Shown here one piece after another: positions 19,044-27,928 of a stretch of DNA of 64,000 nucleotides (the first letter of the stretch is position 1; each line of letters starts with the position of its first letter). Where the stretch lies: contig CAISJJ010000019.1 of assembly GCA_903885595.1 (NCBI GenBank), forward strand, positions 8,697-72,696. Direction: 5' to 3'. The position numbers and the translations under genes were made by a program. The notes below the pieces were generated by a model, which was not told where the DNA came from, ran no database searches, and saw nothing but the letters and a program-made list of their open reading frames with translations. Source of the DNA: an uncultured Bacteroidales bacterium. Lineage in GTDB: Bacteria; Bacteroidota; Bacteroidia; Bacteroidales; FEN-979.

Positions 19044-21434
19044 ATGCAGGAAAATATATTTATGAGGTTGGTGGAGGGGTCAATTTTAATTTCAAAAGGG
19101 GTCAGGAAATTAATAATTATCCTGGTATTTTTGCTTCCACTCACGGGTTGCAATGTCACAAAAAATTTTGAAACCAACGAATTCCTGCTTGTTAAAAATA
19201 AAGTTCAGGTTGTCAAATACAAAGTCCCGGCTGACAACCTTGCAGATTACATTCAACAGAAACCCAATACTAAACTGTTTGGGATATTTCGAGCCAACAT
19301 TGCGTTTTTTAACATGGGAAGCCAGGGTGAAGATACAAGATTCAAGAAATGGATCAGAACCAAGGTTGGGACAGCCCCTGTGATTCTTGATACGAGCCTC
19401 GTTTCGATAACTGCCTTGCAAATGAGCCTGTATCTTGCGAATATCGGCTACTTTCAATCCATTGTCAATGATTCGATCATCATCAAGAAAAAAAAAGCTA
19501 CTGTGGTGTATAAGGTATATCCCACAACCCCTTACACCATCAAAGAGATTTCATATGCCATACCGGACACACAGCTTCAAGCCTTTGTATATCGTGATAC
19601 CAATAAATGTCTCATTAAAAAGCGAGCCAACTTTGACTCATACATTGTCGACAATGAAAGGTCGCGGATAACAAACAATCTTTTAAACCATGGTTTTTAC
19701 CGGTTCAACTCCAAATATATTATTTTCAGGATCGACTCTAATTTCAAGCAGCACCTGATCAAGGTGACAGTGGAAATTACGAATCCTGTTGTCCCCTCAT
19801 TCGATGATTTTGCAACAGTTCTGCAGGTCCCACACAGGCGGTATTTCATAAATAAGATTTATATCTATCCTGAATTCGACCACCTTCAAACCTTTGCAGG
19901 TACATTTGATACGCTGGTGAAAACATACACGAATCCCGAAAAAAAAAATGCACCTACCAGCTATTATTTCCTGTATAAGGACAAATTCAAAATAAAACCC
20001 CGAACTATTGCCCAATCCATTTTTATTACTCCTGAAACGAATTACAACCTGAAAGATGTGAGCCAGTCATATACACGATTATCTGGTTTACAAGCATTCA
20101 AATATATAAACATTGTATTCAAAGACCCTCCGGAACGAGAAACAAGCAAAAGAAATGATCTGATTGATTGCCATGTTGAATTATCTCGCACATCGGCGCA
20201 GTCATTTACCTCGTCTATTGATGGTACCAATTCCAGCGGCGCTTTTGGGGTTCAGGGAAGTGTAGGTTATCTCAATCGTAATATTTTCAGGGGCGCACAG
20301 CTATTCAGGATTAATTTCACCGGATCATTGCAAATGCAGGCTTCAGACGGCATAACAACCGAATCCTTTTTCAATGTAATTGAGTTGGGAGCTACTGCCG
20401 GGATTACATTTCCACAGTTTATAATTCCAATTAAACCGGAAATGATTTCAAAATACTTTAAACCAAAAACGACCATCTCGATTGGATATAATTATCAGCA
20501 TCAGTTTTATTATGACCGGCACATTTCCAATATCTCTTTCGGCTATACCTGGTCACAGAAAGACAAGATCACTCATTTACTGAACCCGGCTGAGATTTCC
20601 CTGGTTAAATTGTTTGCCCAACCAGAATTCAAGGAATTAATCGACAGCTTCCCCGACGCCAAATTGCATAGTCAATATTCAGATCACCTGGTTGCAGGAT
20701 TGAGATATACATTTACCCTCAACAATCAGCAGTTAAATAAGGTTAAGGATTTCATGTATGTCAGGGCAAATTTTGAGACAGGCGGAAACCTGATTTACGG
20801 GATTCAGAAATTGGTTAACGCACCTAAAAAGAATGATTTATATTATACACTTTTCGGGATGCCTTATTCTCAATATGTCAGACCGACGATCGATGCCCGG
20901 TATTACGACGTAATGGGCACTCAGTTTTCACTCGTCTACCGGGTTTATGCCGGAATTGGGATTCCATATGGAAATTCGAATGTTTTGCCATTCGAGAAGT
21001 CTTTTTTTGCCGGGGGCGCCAATGGAATGCGCGGCTGGAAAATGTATACGCTCGGACCCGGAACTTACAAAAATCCATCGGAACTTAATGACTTTAACCA
21101 GATCGGCGATATTCAGCTTGAAGCCAACATCGAATACCGTTTCCCGGTTTTTGACTGGATCCGCGGAGCCGTTTTTGTCGATGCCGGAAACATCTGGCTG
21201 CTTCAGGAGTCAAAATTATTACCAGGAGGGAAGTTCTTGTTCCCCGGATTCCTGGCTCAGATTGGTATTGATGCAGGGTTAGGGGTCAGGCTTGATTTTG
21301 ATTTCTTTGTTATCCGCCTTGACCCTGCAATTCCCATCAGGGTTCCATCCTATCCCGAGAGTGACCGCTGGTATTTCAGCAAAATGCAATTGAGTGATAT
21401 TATCTGGAATTTCGGAATCGGGTATCCATTCTGA
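19044..21434 (+). CDS. Omp85-superfamily (BamA/TamA-like) outer-membrane protein
   Basis: It has a lipoprotein-like leader (LLPLTGC). The C-terminal surface-antigen barrel carries FFAGGANGMRGWKMYTLGP and ends in the aromatic FGIGYPF. Confidence 0.85.
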   Translation: MQENIFMRLVEGSILISKGVRKLIIILVFLLPLTGCNVTKNFETNEFLLVKNKVQVVKYKVPADNLADYIQQKPNTKLFGIFRANIAFFNMGSQGEDTRFKKWIRTKVGTAPVILDTSLVSITALQMSLYLANIGYFQSIVNDSIIIKKKKATVVYKVYPTTPYTIKEISYAIPDTQLQAFVYRDTNKCLIKKRANFDSYIVDNERSRITNNLLNHGFYRFNSKYIIFRIDSNFKQHLIKVTVEITNPVVPSFDDFATVLQVPHRRYFINKIYIYPEFDHLQTFAGTFDTLVKTYTNPEKKNAPTSYYFLYKDKFKIKPRTIAQSIFITPETNYNLKDVSQSYTRLSGLQAFKYINIVFKDPPERETSKRNDLIDCHVELSRTSAQSFTSSIDGTNSSGAFGVQGSVGYLNRNIFRGAQLFRINFTGSLQMQASDGITTESFFNVIELGATAGITFPQFIIPIKPEMISKYFKPKTTISIGYNYQHQFYYDRHISNISFGYTWSQKDKITHLLNPAEISLVKLFAQPEFKELIDSFPDAKLHSQYSDHLVAGLRYTFTLNNQQLNKVKDFMYVRANFETGGNLIYGIQKLVNAPKKNDLYYTLFGMPYSQYVRPTIDARYYDVMGTQFSLVYRVYAGIGIPYGNSNVLPFEKSFFAGGANGMRGWKMYTLGPGTYKNPSELNDFNQIGDIQLEANIEYRFPVFDWIRGAVFVDAGNIWLLQESKLLPGGKFLFPGFLAQIGIDAGLGVRLDFDFFVIRLDPAIPIRVPSYPESDRWYFSKMQLSDIIWNFGIGYPF

Positions 21435-21463
21435 TTTTTAAAAAAAGATAAAAGTAAATCAAA

Positions 21464-23422
21464 ATGATTTACTTTAGTAAATTAATCATAACTGAAATGA
21501 AAATAACGATTTATCTAGCCATTCTGCTGATATGTTGCTATGCAATGCCAGCATCAGCATGGGTATACCCCGAGCACCGGGAAATCATGATGGCCGCCAT
21601 CAAAAAGCTTGATCCCAAGCGGCGGGCAATCCTCGATCAACTATGGGCATCGGCAAGGATAGGGCACGAGACAAGGCTTTGTGAATCGGTTATTGAACCC
21701 GACCAGGGGGTAAATCCACAATGCCTCGACTATGCCGCTTGGACCGGGATCGCAGCCGATCACTCGGTATCTGCCCAGGACATGACCAATATTGTTCTCA
21801 CTTCTCCGTGGATCCTGAAAGTAGCAGATATCACAGCCTGGTTAAAAGTCGGTCTTGATAAATCGCAGAAACGCAGTTCGCGAATCAGTGAAGTGAGGGA
21901 TTCAGACATTAAGTTGCTTCGTGCCGATCCGGAGTACGTTTCGAGAGCCGGAAAAAACAATGGCCATTTTTTGCTTCCGCTCCCGGCTGTGAATACCAAG
22001 CCTGAAGTCTATTTTGCATTGTGTTATCAGGCAGGGACAGAAATGAATACAGTTGGGTCGTATACATGGTTTCATATCAGCGCCTTGTCGAAAGCTGCCC
22101 TCCTGAACTCAAAAGATCTTACACCCGAACAGCGAACGGCCCTGGCCCTCTCGACCCTGGCCGATGAAGCATTCGCTGCTCATTTTCTCGAGGATAGTTT
22201 TACTTCGGGGCATGTGATGGGAATATGGGGTGATGCTGCAAAGCGCAAGGGAACACATGATTATTATAATGAAGAAGGCCTGGATGTAAATACCTGGCAA
22301 GGTAAACAGATGGTTTTAATGGGCGATGCCACGATGCGGAAAGAGGATATAGGTTGGACATCCGATGCGCTTCTAAAGAGCCTGGAACAAATGTTGGATG
22401 CAGTGAGCGGCACGATAAGGTTTGATCGTGCCTTCGTCAGGGATGATCTCTCACCGGCCACTCCTGACACATTTAACGTGAGCAAGGCCATGGTAATGCC
22501 ATCACGCCCGATTGATCATAACGCGATGATATTATGCGACACCGTGCTGATGGCATTCCCTATTCCGGGGCTGACAGCCGGAATGGGAGAATTCCCAAGA
22601 TTCAGGGCTGAAATGGGTCCTTTTGCCGGGGTCAGCGGCGCAGCCAACCTCAATTATCTGGATGGTGGGTTTTTCGACTATCAAAAGGGTTACGGCGTCA
22701 CTGCCGGATTGGAACTTGGCTTCCGTGTAGGATTAGGAATGGAAGGAGTATTGAACGAGGCAGGCGATGGACTGGTCTTCCTCGATCTGGGCGGCCGTAT
22801 TGATTTAAGCTCCAGCCAGGCTTATGATGGTTCCCATGACAACCCTGATTTAAAAGGATATGGTTCAATGATTTCAGCCATTCCATCCCGTTTCGGTATT
22901 ACTGTCCGCTTCAGATTACCCTTCTTCCTGATCCCTGGCGACCTGGTGATTTTAGCGCCTGTTTTGGCGCTGGTATCTCCGAATTCCATGCAACGCATTG
23001 TCACAACTGCGGCAAATGGAGGCCTGATCCCCTGGCAAACAGGGTTGCCAACCCCTGTCGGAAGATTCCAGTTTGTGCTTGGAAGGGAGGTTGCAATCAG
23101 CATGTATGGAGTGGGAAAAAAATCAGATACTTATTCAGTATTTCCGCCAGATGAACTCATCGGATCTTATTACAAATTGAATACCACCAGGTTTGAATTC
23201 CCGATCGTGGAATACCGTCCTTTCCGAACCTATTCTTCACGACAAACAGGGAGTCTTCTTTTTCAATTACATGCTGGTTTTGATGTGCCGGGCAGACGGG
23301 CAGAAGCCACGCAGGGCCAGGAAATTTTTCAGCTTGGGTTACCAGCAACACGAACCATCTGGTATGCAGGTATCCGGCTGGTTTTTGACTACCGTTATTA
23401 TTTTTCAGGAACGAAGAGGTAA
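21464..23422 (+). CDS. Secreted zinc phospholipase C / P1-nuclease-superfamily-like domain fused to a Gly-rich, barrel-like C-terminal region
   Basis: The likely start is 21497 (MKITIYLAILLICCYAMPASA). Predicted cleavage leaves Trp as the first mature residue (WVYPEHREIMMAAI), which is the Zn-ligating Trp1 arrangement of PLC and P1 nuclease. There is a second Zn-site-like motif, AHFLEDSFTSGHV (compare HYLGDVNQPMH). The C-terminal ~280 aa show alternating-pattern, Gly-rich strands (GVTAGLELGFRVGLGMEG...). Confidence 0.7.
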   Translation: MIYFSKLIITEMKITIYLAILLICCYAMPASAWVYPEHREIMMAAIKKLDPKRRAILDQLWASARIGHETRLCESVIEPDQGVNPQCLDYAAWTGIAADHSVSAQDMTNIVLTSPWILKVADITAWLKVGLDKSQKRSSRISEVRDSDIKLLRADPEYVSRAGKNNGHFLLPLPAVNTKPEVYFALCYQAGTEMNTVGSYTWFHISALSKAALLNSKDLTPEQRTALALSTLADEAFAAHFLEDSFTSGHVMGIWGDAAKRKGTHDYYNEEGLDVNTWQGKQMVLMGDATMRKEDIGWTSDALLKSLEQMLDAVSGTIRFDRAFVRDDLSPATPDTFNVSKAMVMPSRPIDHNAMILCDTVLMAFPIPGLTAGMGEFPRFRAEMGPFAGVSGAANLNYLDGGFFDYQKGYGVTAGLELGFRVGLGMEGVLNEAGDGLVFLDLGGRIDLSSSQAYDGSHDNPDLKGYGSMISAIPSRFGITVRFRLPFFLIPGDLVILAPVLALVSPNSMQRIVTTAANGGLIPWQTGLPTPVGRFQFVLGREVAISMYGVGKKSDTYSVFPPDELIGSYYKLNTTRFEFPIVEYRPFRTYSSRQTGSLLFQLHAGFDVPGRRAEATQGQEIFQLGLPATRTIWYAGIRLVFDYRYYFSGTKR

Positions 23423-23504
23423 AATAATAATTCATCTGGTGATGTGAATCAAGGATTAAAATATTGAGTCGTTAACAGACTGATTGTTAATAATATGATA
23501 CACA

Positions 23505-23717
23505 TTAATCATATTTCATCTTTACCAGGACTTTATTTCCCGATGAGGAATAATTGAACTTTAGTTTTCCAAAGTTTGGCATTCCTGAAAAAAGACCGAG
23601 TTTCCAGTTATTGGTATAACCCAGTGGTTCGGCGGGAATGCCCAACTTGTGGTCAATTATTCCATTTTTATACCTTTCGTGTACTAAAATTGCGGCATAT
23701 TCTCCAATGCGGCACAA
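23505..23717 (-). CDS. Small ORF, possibly the tail of a decayed lipoprotein gene
   Basis: 70-aa ORF. The frame stays open upstream to about 23786 and reads ILSTIFFLLSVCRRQ (lipobox-like), but has no usable ATG. I recognise no family. Confidence 0.25.
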   Translation of the reverse strand: MCRIGEYAAILVHERYKNGIIDHKLGIPAEPLGYTNNWKLGLFSGMPNFGKLKFNYSSSGNKVLVKMKYD

Positions 23718-23800
23718 AGATTGTTATAAGACGTGCCAGTTGGCGCCTGCAAACTGATAACAAAAAGAAAATGGTCGATAATATTTAAAATCTTATAGCC

Positions 23801-24856
23801 ATGAAAAAGATGATTTTTGCTCTGGCATTTATGATGGCAACAACAATCTGTGTTGAAGGGCACAATTATTATAACAATCAAGTAACCATCTCAGTCCAGA
23901 CTTTTTACGATGAACTCCTTCCTTATGGTGAATGGATCAACACCCCTGAATATGGGTATGCCTGGCGCCCTTACCTCGAGAATCGGGATGAATTCAGACC
24001 TTACGCATCGGAGGGAAACTGGGTTTACACTGATTTAGGCTGGACCTGGGTTTCCGATTACCGCTGGGGATGGGCTGCCTTCCACTATGGAAGATGGTAT
24101 TTTAATGATTACCTAGGCTGGATGTGGATTCCCGGTAATGAATGGGCGCCGGCATGGGTAACCTGGGGTTCATATTATGATTACTGGGCATGGGCTCCCA
24201 TGGGTCCAGACATCCAGGTCAGTGTCAATTTAAACTGGGTTGCCCCCCATTCATGGTGGACATTTGTTCCCTACCGTCACTTCTGTTCGAATAACTGGTA
24301 TTCTTATATCTACAACCCACCGGTCCAGATAGTAAATATCACCTTCATCACAAATGTATACAACAACTACCAGCACAACAACGTTAACTGGTTTTATGGC
24401 CCGAGGGTCAGGGATGTTGAAAGACATTCAAATGCCAGGGTGCGCAAAATGCAGGTCGTCGATTCCGAAAAACCAGGAAATACGATCGCAAGGAATAACC
24501 GGGTGAGTTTATACCGCCCCAGGGTAAACAGCGGAGGTGAAAGCATTCGTCCTGCCAGATATCGCAGCATTGAATCCGTAAGGGCCAACCAGAAAAATTT
24601 GCGGACAGGTCTGAACCCGAAACGTAAAATTGCTACCGGTATTGAAACACGAACATCAAATCAAAATGGAAGAAATATTGGCAGTACCGGAATGAATAAC
24701 ATTTCCAGTAATTCATATCAAAAAACAAATGTCCAGAAGCAGCAGCGCCAACCATCAAACAAGGTAATTTCTCAGCGGAGTTCCAAGTCAGATGGTTCTA
24801 ATCGTACCACCTGGAAAAGCAATGACGGAAATGACTTGAGGAGAAACAACAGGTAA
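23801..24856 (+). CDS. YXWGXW-repeat (DUF6600-like) secreted protein with a basic low-complexity tail
   Basis: It has a signal peptide and repeated aromatic motifs (YGYAWRPY, WVYTDLGWTWVSDYRWGWAAFHYGRWYFNDYLGWMWIPGNEWAPAWVTWG). The C-terminal third is rich in N, S, R, K and Q. Confidence 0.85.
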   Translation: MKKMIFALAFMMATTICVEGHNYYNNQVTISVQTFYDELLPYGEWINTPEYGYAWRPYLENRDEFRPYASEGNWVYTDLGWTWVSDYRWGWAAFHYGRWYFNDYLGWMWIPGNEWAPAWVTWGSYYDYWAWAPMGPDIQVSVNLNWVAPHSWWTFVPYRHFCSNNWYSYIYNPPVQIVNITFITNVYNNYQHNNVNWFYGPRVRDVERHSNARVRKMQVVDSEKPGNTIARNNRVSLYRPRVNSGGESIRPARYRSIESVRANQKNLRTGLNPKRKIATGIETRTSNQNGRNIGSTGMNNISSNSYQKTNVQKQQRQPSNKVISQRSSKSDGSNRTTWKSNDGNDLRRNNR

Positions 24857-24883
24857 CTGTTACCCATGGATTATGGTTTGCAA

Positions 24884-25261
24884 TTATTGGATTGTTGAGG
24901 CTTTGACAGTAATACCTCCACCTGAGCAAAAGGCTCCATCATTTACTGACACAACTTCCACCCTGGTAGCTGACCCCTGGTAATGACAATGTTTATAGTT
25001 ATGAGTCGGGTCGTTATCAAAAATAACCTCGCAGGTTCCAAGTTTATTCCTGCAATCTAAACCCCAACTCTGTGCTGTCCCTTTATCCCCGACAGAGGGC
25101 ACATAAGTTCCTCCGATAGTACCTTTGAGTTTATTTTTCTCCGGTGACTGATAGTTTGATGAAATGATCAGGATAAATACCAGTGCCGAGATGAATACCC
25201 CCGAAAATAATCCGGCCAGAAAAAATTTATTTTTGAGGAATGTGATATTGATTTTTTTCAT
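24884..25261 (-). CDS. Small membrane-anchored Cys-containing protein, unknown function
   Basis: 125-aa ORF with an N-terminal TM anchor (FFLAGLFSGVFISALVFILII) and four Cys residues in the ectodomain. Confidence 0.5.
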   Translation of the reverse strand: MKKINITFLKNKFFLAGLFSGVFISALVFILIISSNYQSPEKNKLKGTIGGTYVPSVGDKGTAQSWGLDCRNKLGTCEVIFDNDPTHNYKHCHYQGSATRVEVVSVNDGAFCSGGGITVKASTIQ

Positions 25262-25499
25262 GGAGTTTATTTTTTTATTAATTACGATGAATCGTCAATT
25301 AAGTTGGTTTGATCTCCAACGAATTTATAATTTTTTTTCTTATGCCATCGTCATCATGAAACATTTTGAATTTCATTTTCATTTTTATTGTTCAATAATT
25401 AATTGATAAAAAATCGTCCTGGGGATTGCCCCTCTACAAAGGCACCTGAATTAAACGATGACAACGAAAAAGGGTCTGATGAATTAATCAGGCAGTTAT

Positions 25500-25649
25500 T
25501 TATAAATACGGGTTCAGGGCGATGAAATCGGAGAACGAAGGAATCATTTCCGCCAGTTTTACCTATCGGTTTTCCCTGTCAATTATGATCTCAAACCGGG
25601 TCTTAAACTCCTCAATGGTGATCAGTTTTGTTGATGTATACCGGATCAT
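25500..25649 (-). mobile_element. Remnant of a transposase N-terminus (first ~48 codons only, inactivated)
   Basis: Reverse-complement translation gives MIRYTSTKLITIEEFKTRFEIIIDRENR*VKLAEMIPSFSDFIALNPYL*. The pattern ...D.ENRWVK.A..IPW... occurs at the N-terminus of a DDE transposase family common in Bacteroidota (from memory). Here both expected Trp codons are mutated (TGG to TAG and TGG to TCG). No DDE domain follows. Confidence 0.35.
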
Positions 25650-25893
25650 AAGTGCAAGCTTTATGATTTATAGATTCGAAAAATACACACTTTTCATATA
25701 CAAATAATGTTATATATTGTTAACAATCAAATGCTTATAAAACTTTCACCAGGATTTAATTGCAGGTTTTCACACCCGGTTTTCGATGAATTTCATACAG
25801 GGGAATACTCGCATGTGGCAGTTTGTTCAATCAAACCTAGATTACTGACCATAATGATTCAGACGATCAGAAAGGTTTGACAACCTATTCTCC

Positions 25894-26613
25894 TTAAGAA
25901 TTATCCATCAGATTATGCCGTACCAACAGTGAAGAAGAGACCGCCGAAATGATAAGTTTCAATTCAGGTGTAAGGTCATTTTTGATGTAAACCCGGCCGT
26001 TACCGGCTATTGAGACTGCAGCAACTGAAATGCCATCCTGGAAAAATTCGTAACCCCAAACCTCCGCGGGAACCCATTTGGGCTGACCCTCCATTTTTGT
26101 AACCCCATGTATTGAGATTTGATTGCCGTTTTTGTCTTTTACAATGCCACAACCAGCATTCTTTTCGAGAATAAGGTCAGGATCGGATATTAAAAACTCC
26201 CAACTGTTCTCGGTACTGTTTTGAAGCATGATTGCTCCTGCAAATGAGTTTACAAACTTCCATGAATAACCCATAAATCCATCGAGAAACTCAGTTTCGT
26301 CGCTAAAAAACCTACTGACGGCAATAATAGTGCAACTCAGACTATCTGGTGTGTACTGTGTAAAACTAAGTTTTTCCCTGGCAGCCCTGAAACGTTCGAA
26401 AAAATCCATGTCAATTCCGGCAGACCAGCTTCTTTTTATTTTAGAGGTGTGAAATCCCCCAAAACTGATAACCTGATTGAACTGCCAACCCTGCTTTCCT
26501 TTTACATCCAGAATGGTTGAATTTGATCTTAATTCTTCTGAAACGATGATCCCCTGAGCTTTCGAAGCTATAGCGGAGACAAAAATCATTAAAACGACTA
26601 CCAGCTCTTTCAT
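25894..26613 (-). CDS. Secreted protein of unknown function
   Basis: 239-aa ORF with signal peptide MKELVVVLMIFVSAIASKAQG. I recognise no motifs. Confidence 0.65.
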   Translation of the reverse strand: MKELVVVLMIFVSAIASKAQGIIVSEELRSNSTILDVKGKQGWQFNQVISFGGFHTSKIKRSWSAGIDMDFFERFRAAREKLSFTQYTPDSLSCTIIAVSRFFSDETEFLDGFMGYSWKFVNSFAGAIMLQNSTENSWEFLISDPDLILEKNAGCGIVKDKNGNQISIHGVTKMEGQPKWVPAEVWGYEFFQDGISVAAVSIAGNGRVYIKNDLTPELKLIISAVSSSLLVRHNLMDNS

Positions 26614-26637
26614 ATGTTAATTTTAATTTTTTCGGGC

Positions 26638-26705
26638 CATATGGAATAGCCATAAATTATGATTCACGGTTTGCATGTACGTTGTACTTATGGCAATTTC
26701 ATGTG
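26638..26705 (-). repeat. Copy B of the conserved inverted-repeat element
   Basis: The plus strand reads catatggaatagccataaattatgattcacggtttgcatgtacgttgtacttatggcaatttcatgtg. The arms are aatagccataa (26645-26655) and ttatggcaatt (26688-26698), with 10 of 11 positions pairable. It begins about 22 nt upstream of the ATG at 26613. Confidence 0.65.
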
Positions 26706-26993
26706 ATAAAATTTATTTTATACAAAGCGGTCGCATGGAATACTCATATGTTTCGGGTTTCAATCAAGGGTATGATGTGGTAGTTTCACTCATAGCACCG
26801 CTTATTCCAGCCGAAGTTAAAGGTACAGAAAATACCGATCCATTTTCAACTTTTCATTTATTCATGTACTTTTTTCATCCTGGATTTTTTATGAGATGAG
26901 TGACAGTGATTAATCTGATGATCCAAAGTAGGATCTTAGTTATCAATTTATGGCACTATCCTGCTGGATAGCATTATCACTTTGTAAAAACCT

Positions 26994-27293
26994 ATGAATA
27001 ACCTGGCGATTATCCCAATCAGCTTAAGTAACCCGCATCACTATAACTAGGACTTTGAGTATATCCTGCAATGGGCTTCCCAACGATATCAGGAACTTAT
27101 CGTGAACATCGCAGATTCGATATACAGGCACAACTATGCTGACACAAAGACGTCGGATGAAACGGAGGCTTATAAATCGGCGAACAGGCAAGGATCAATC
27201 AGGCATTTTCATAACCAGGTAATTGATGGGTTCAGACTGGAACAGAGCAGGAAGTTCATCCTGGAGGAGAGTGCAAAAAGGAGCAATATATGA
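26994..27293 (+). pseudogene. ORF interrupted by an in-frame TAG, unknown function
   Basis: The ATG at 26994 gives MNNLAIIPISLSNPHHYN, then TAG. The same frame continues with DFEYILQWASQRYQELIVNIADSIYRHNYADTKTSDETEAYKSANRQGSIRHFHNQVIDGFRLEQSRKFILEESAKRSNI. The ORF track reports only the GTG-started tail, 27102-27293. Confidence 0.3.
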
Positions 27294-27324
27294 CCTCTTG
27301 CGCGCTAACTCAGGATAAAAACCC

Positions 27325-27332
27325 TATTTTTG
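27325..27332 (+). promoter_or_regulatory. -7 promoter box TATTTTTG
   Basis: It matches TAnnTTTG and lies about 60 nt upstream of the ATG at 27394. Confidence 0.35.
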
Positions 27333-27393
27333 CAAATCATTCGTTGAAGGATTTCTATGTTATTAATCCGGAAAAGGCGCAACCATTATTTTA

Positions 27394-27666
27394 ATGAAAG
27401 ATAACCCGAAGCCCATCAAAATTGAGATGTTTTATACGCTGACTTGTCCGAACTGCAAACCATTAAAGCGGTTACTGAATGAAGTTTTACCTGAATTCGG
27501 GGATAAGTTTGAATTTAAAACAACACTAGCCAATGGACCGCTAGGTATGATCCGGACCCTGAAGTTAGGCATTCATACAGTACCAACACTTTTAATCAAC
27601 GATGTGATCGTATTCAGGGAAGTCCCTGCCAAACAGGAGTTAATCAACAAACTTAACATGTATTGA
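27394..27666 (+). CDS. Small thioredoxin-fold protein (glutaredoxin-like, CxxC)
   Basis: 90 aa with the active-site-like motif TCPNCKP near the N-terminus. A cis-Pro region (HTVPTLLIND) is typical of short thioredoxin_3-type proteins. Confidence 0.8.
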   Translation: MKDNPKPIKIEMFYTLTCPNCKPLKRLLNEVLPEFGDKFEFKTTLANGPLGMIRTLKLGIHTVPTLLINDVIVFREVPAKQELINKLNMY

Positions 27667-27902
27667 AAATGGAACAAAAGAAAAAACTCAGATGCCCGAT
27701 GGGTGTCCCCGGTGGTATCATTGCCGTTTTAGTAGGTTTAACGGGAATTATTGTCAATAGTATATGTTTTAACTGGATGGGTTTAATAACCTCTGTTGCC
27801 TTGTTTTTGCTCGGGGGGCCATTTGTGCGTGTTACCATGATGGTTCATTCGGCAAACGACCGTTTGGATGAACTGGAGCGTAAAACCGGGGAGAAAAAAT
27901 AG
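27663..27902 (+). CDS. Small two-helix membrane protein
   Basis: 79 aa. Its ATGA start overlaps the stop of the thioredoxin-like gene. It has two hydrophobic helices and a charged tail. Confidence 0.5.
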   Translation: MKMEQKKKLRCPMGVPGGIIAVLVGLTGIIVNSICFNWMGLITSVALFLLGGPFVRVTMMVHSANDRLDELERKTGEKK

Positions 27903-27928
27903 ATTTTCTTTCCCATGTTTTTTCCCGT

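Noticed and set aside
5641-27050. TAG stop-codon reassignment, suggested by in-frame TAGs at 5641-5643, 25563-25565 and 27048-27050 followed by open frame
   Set aside because: All three are in regions with other signs of decay (frameshifts, missing domains, a second mutated Trp codon). The TAG in the transposase stub sits where TGG (Trp) is expected, which fits a simple point mutation. At least one well-supported gene (38295-38828) terminates at TAG at a sensible C-terminus, and other remnants carry in-frame TGA and TAA.
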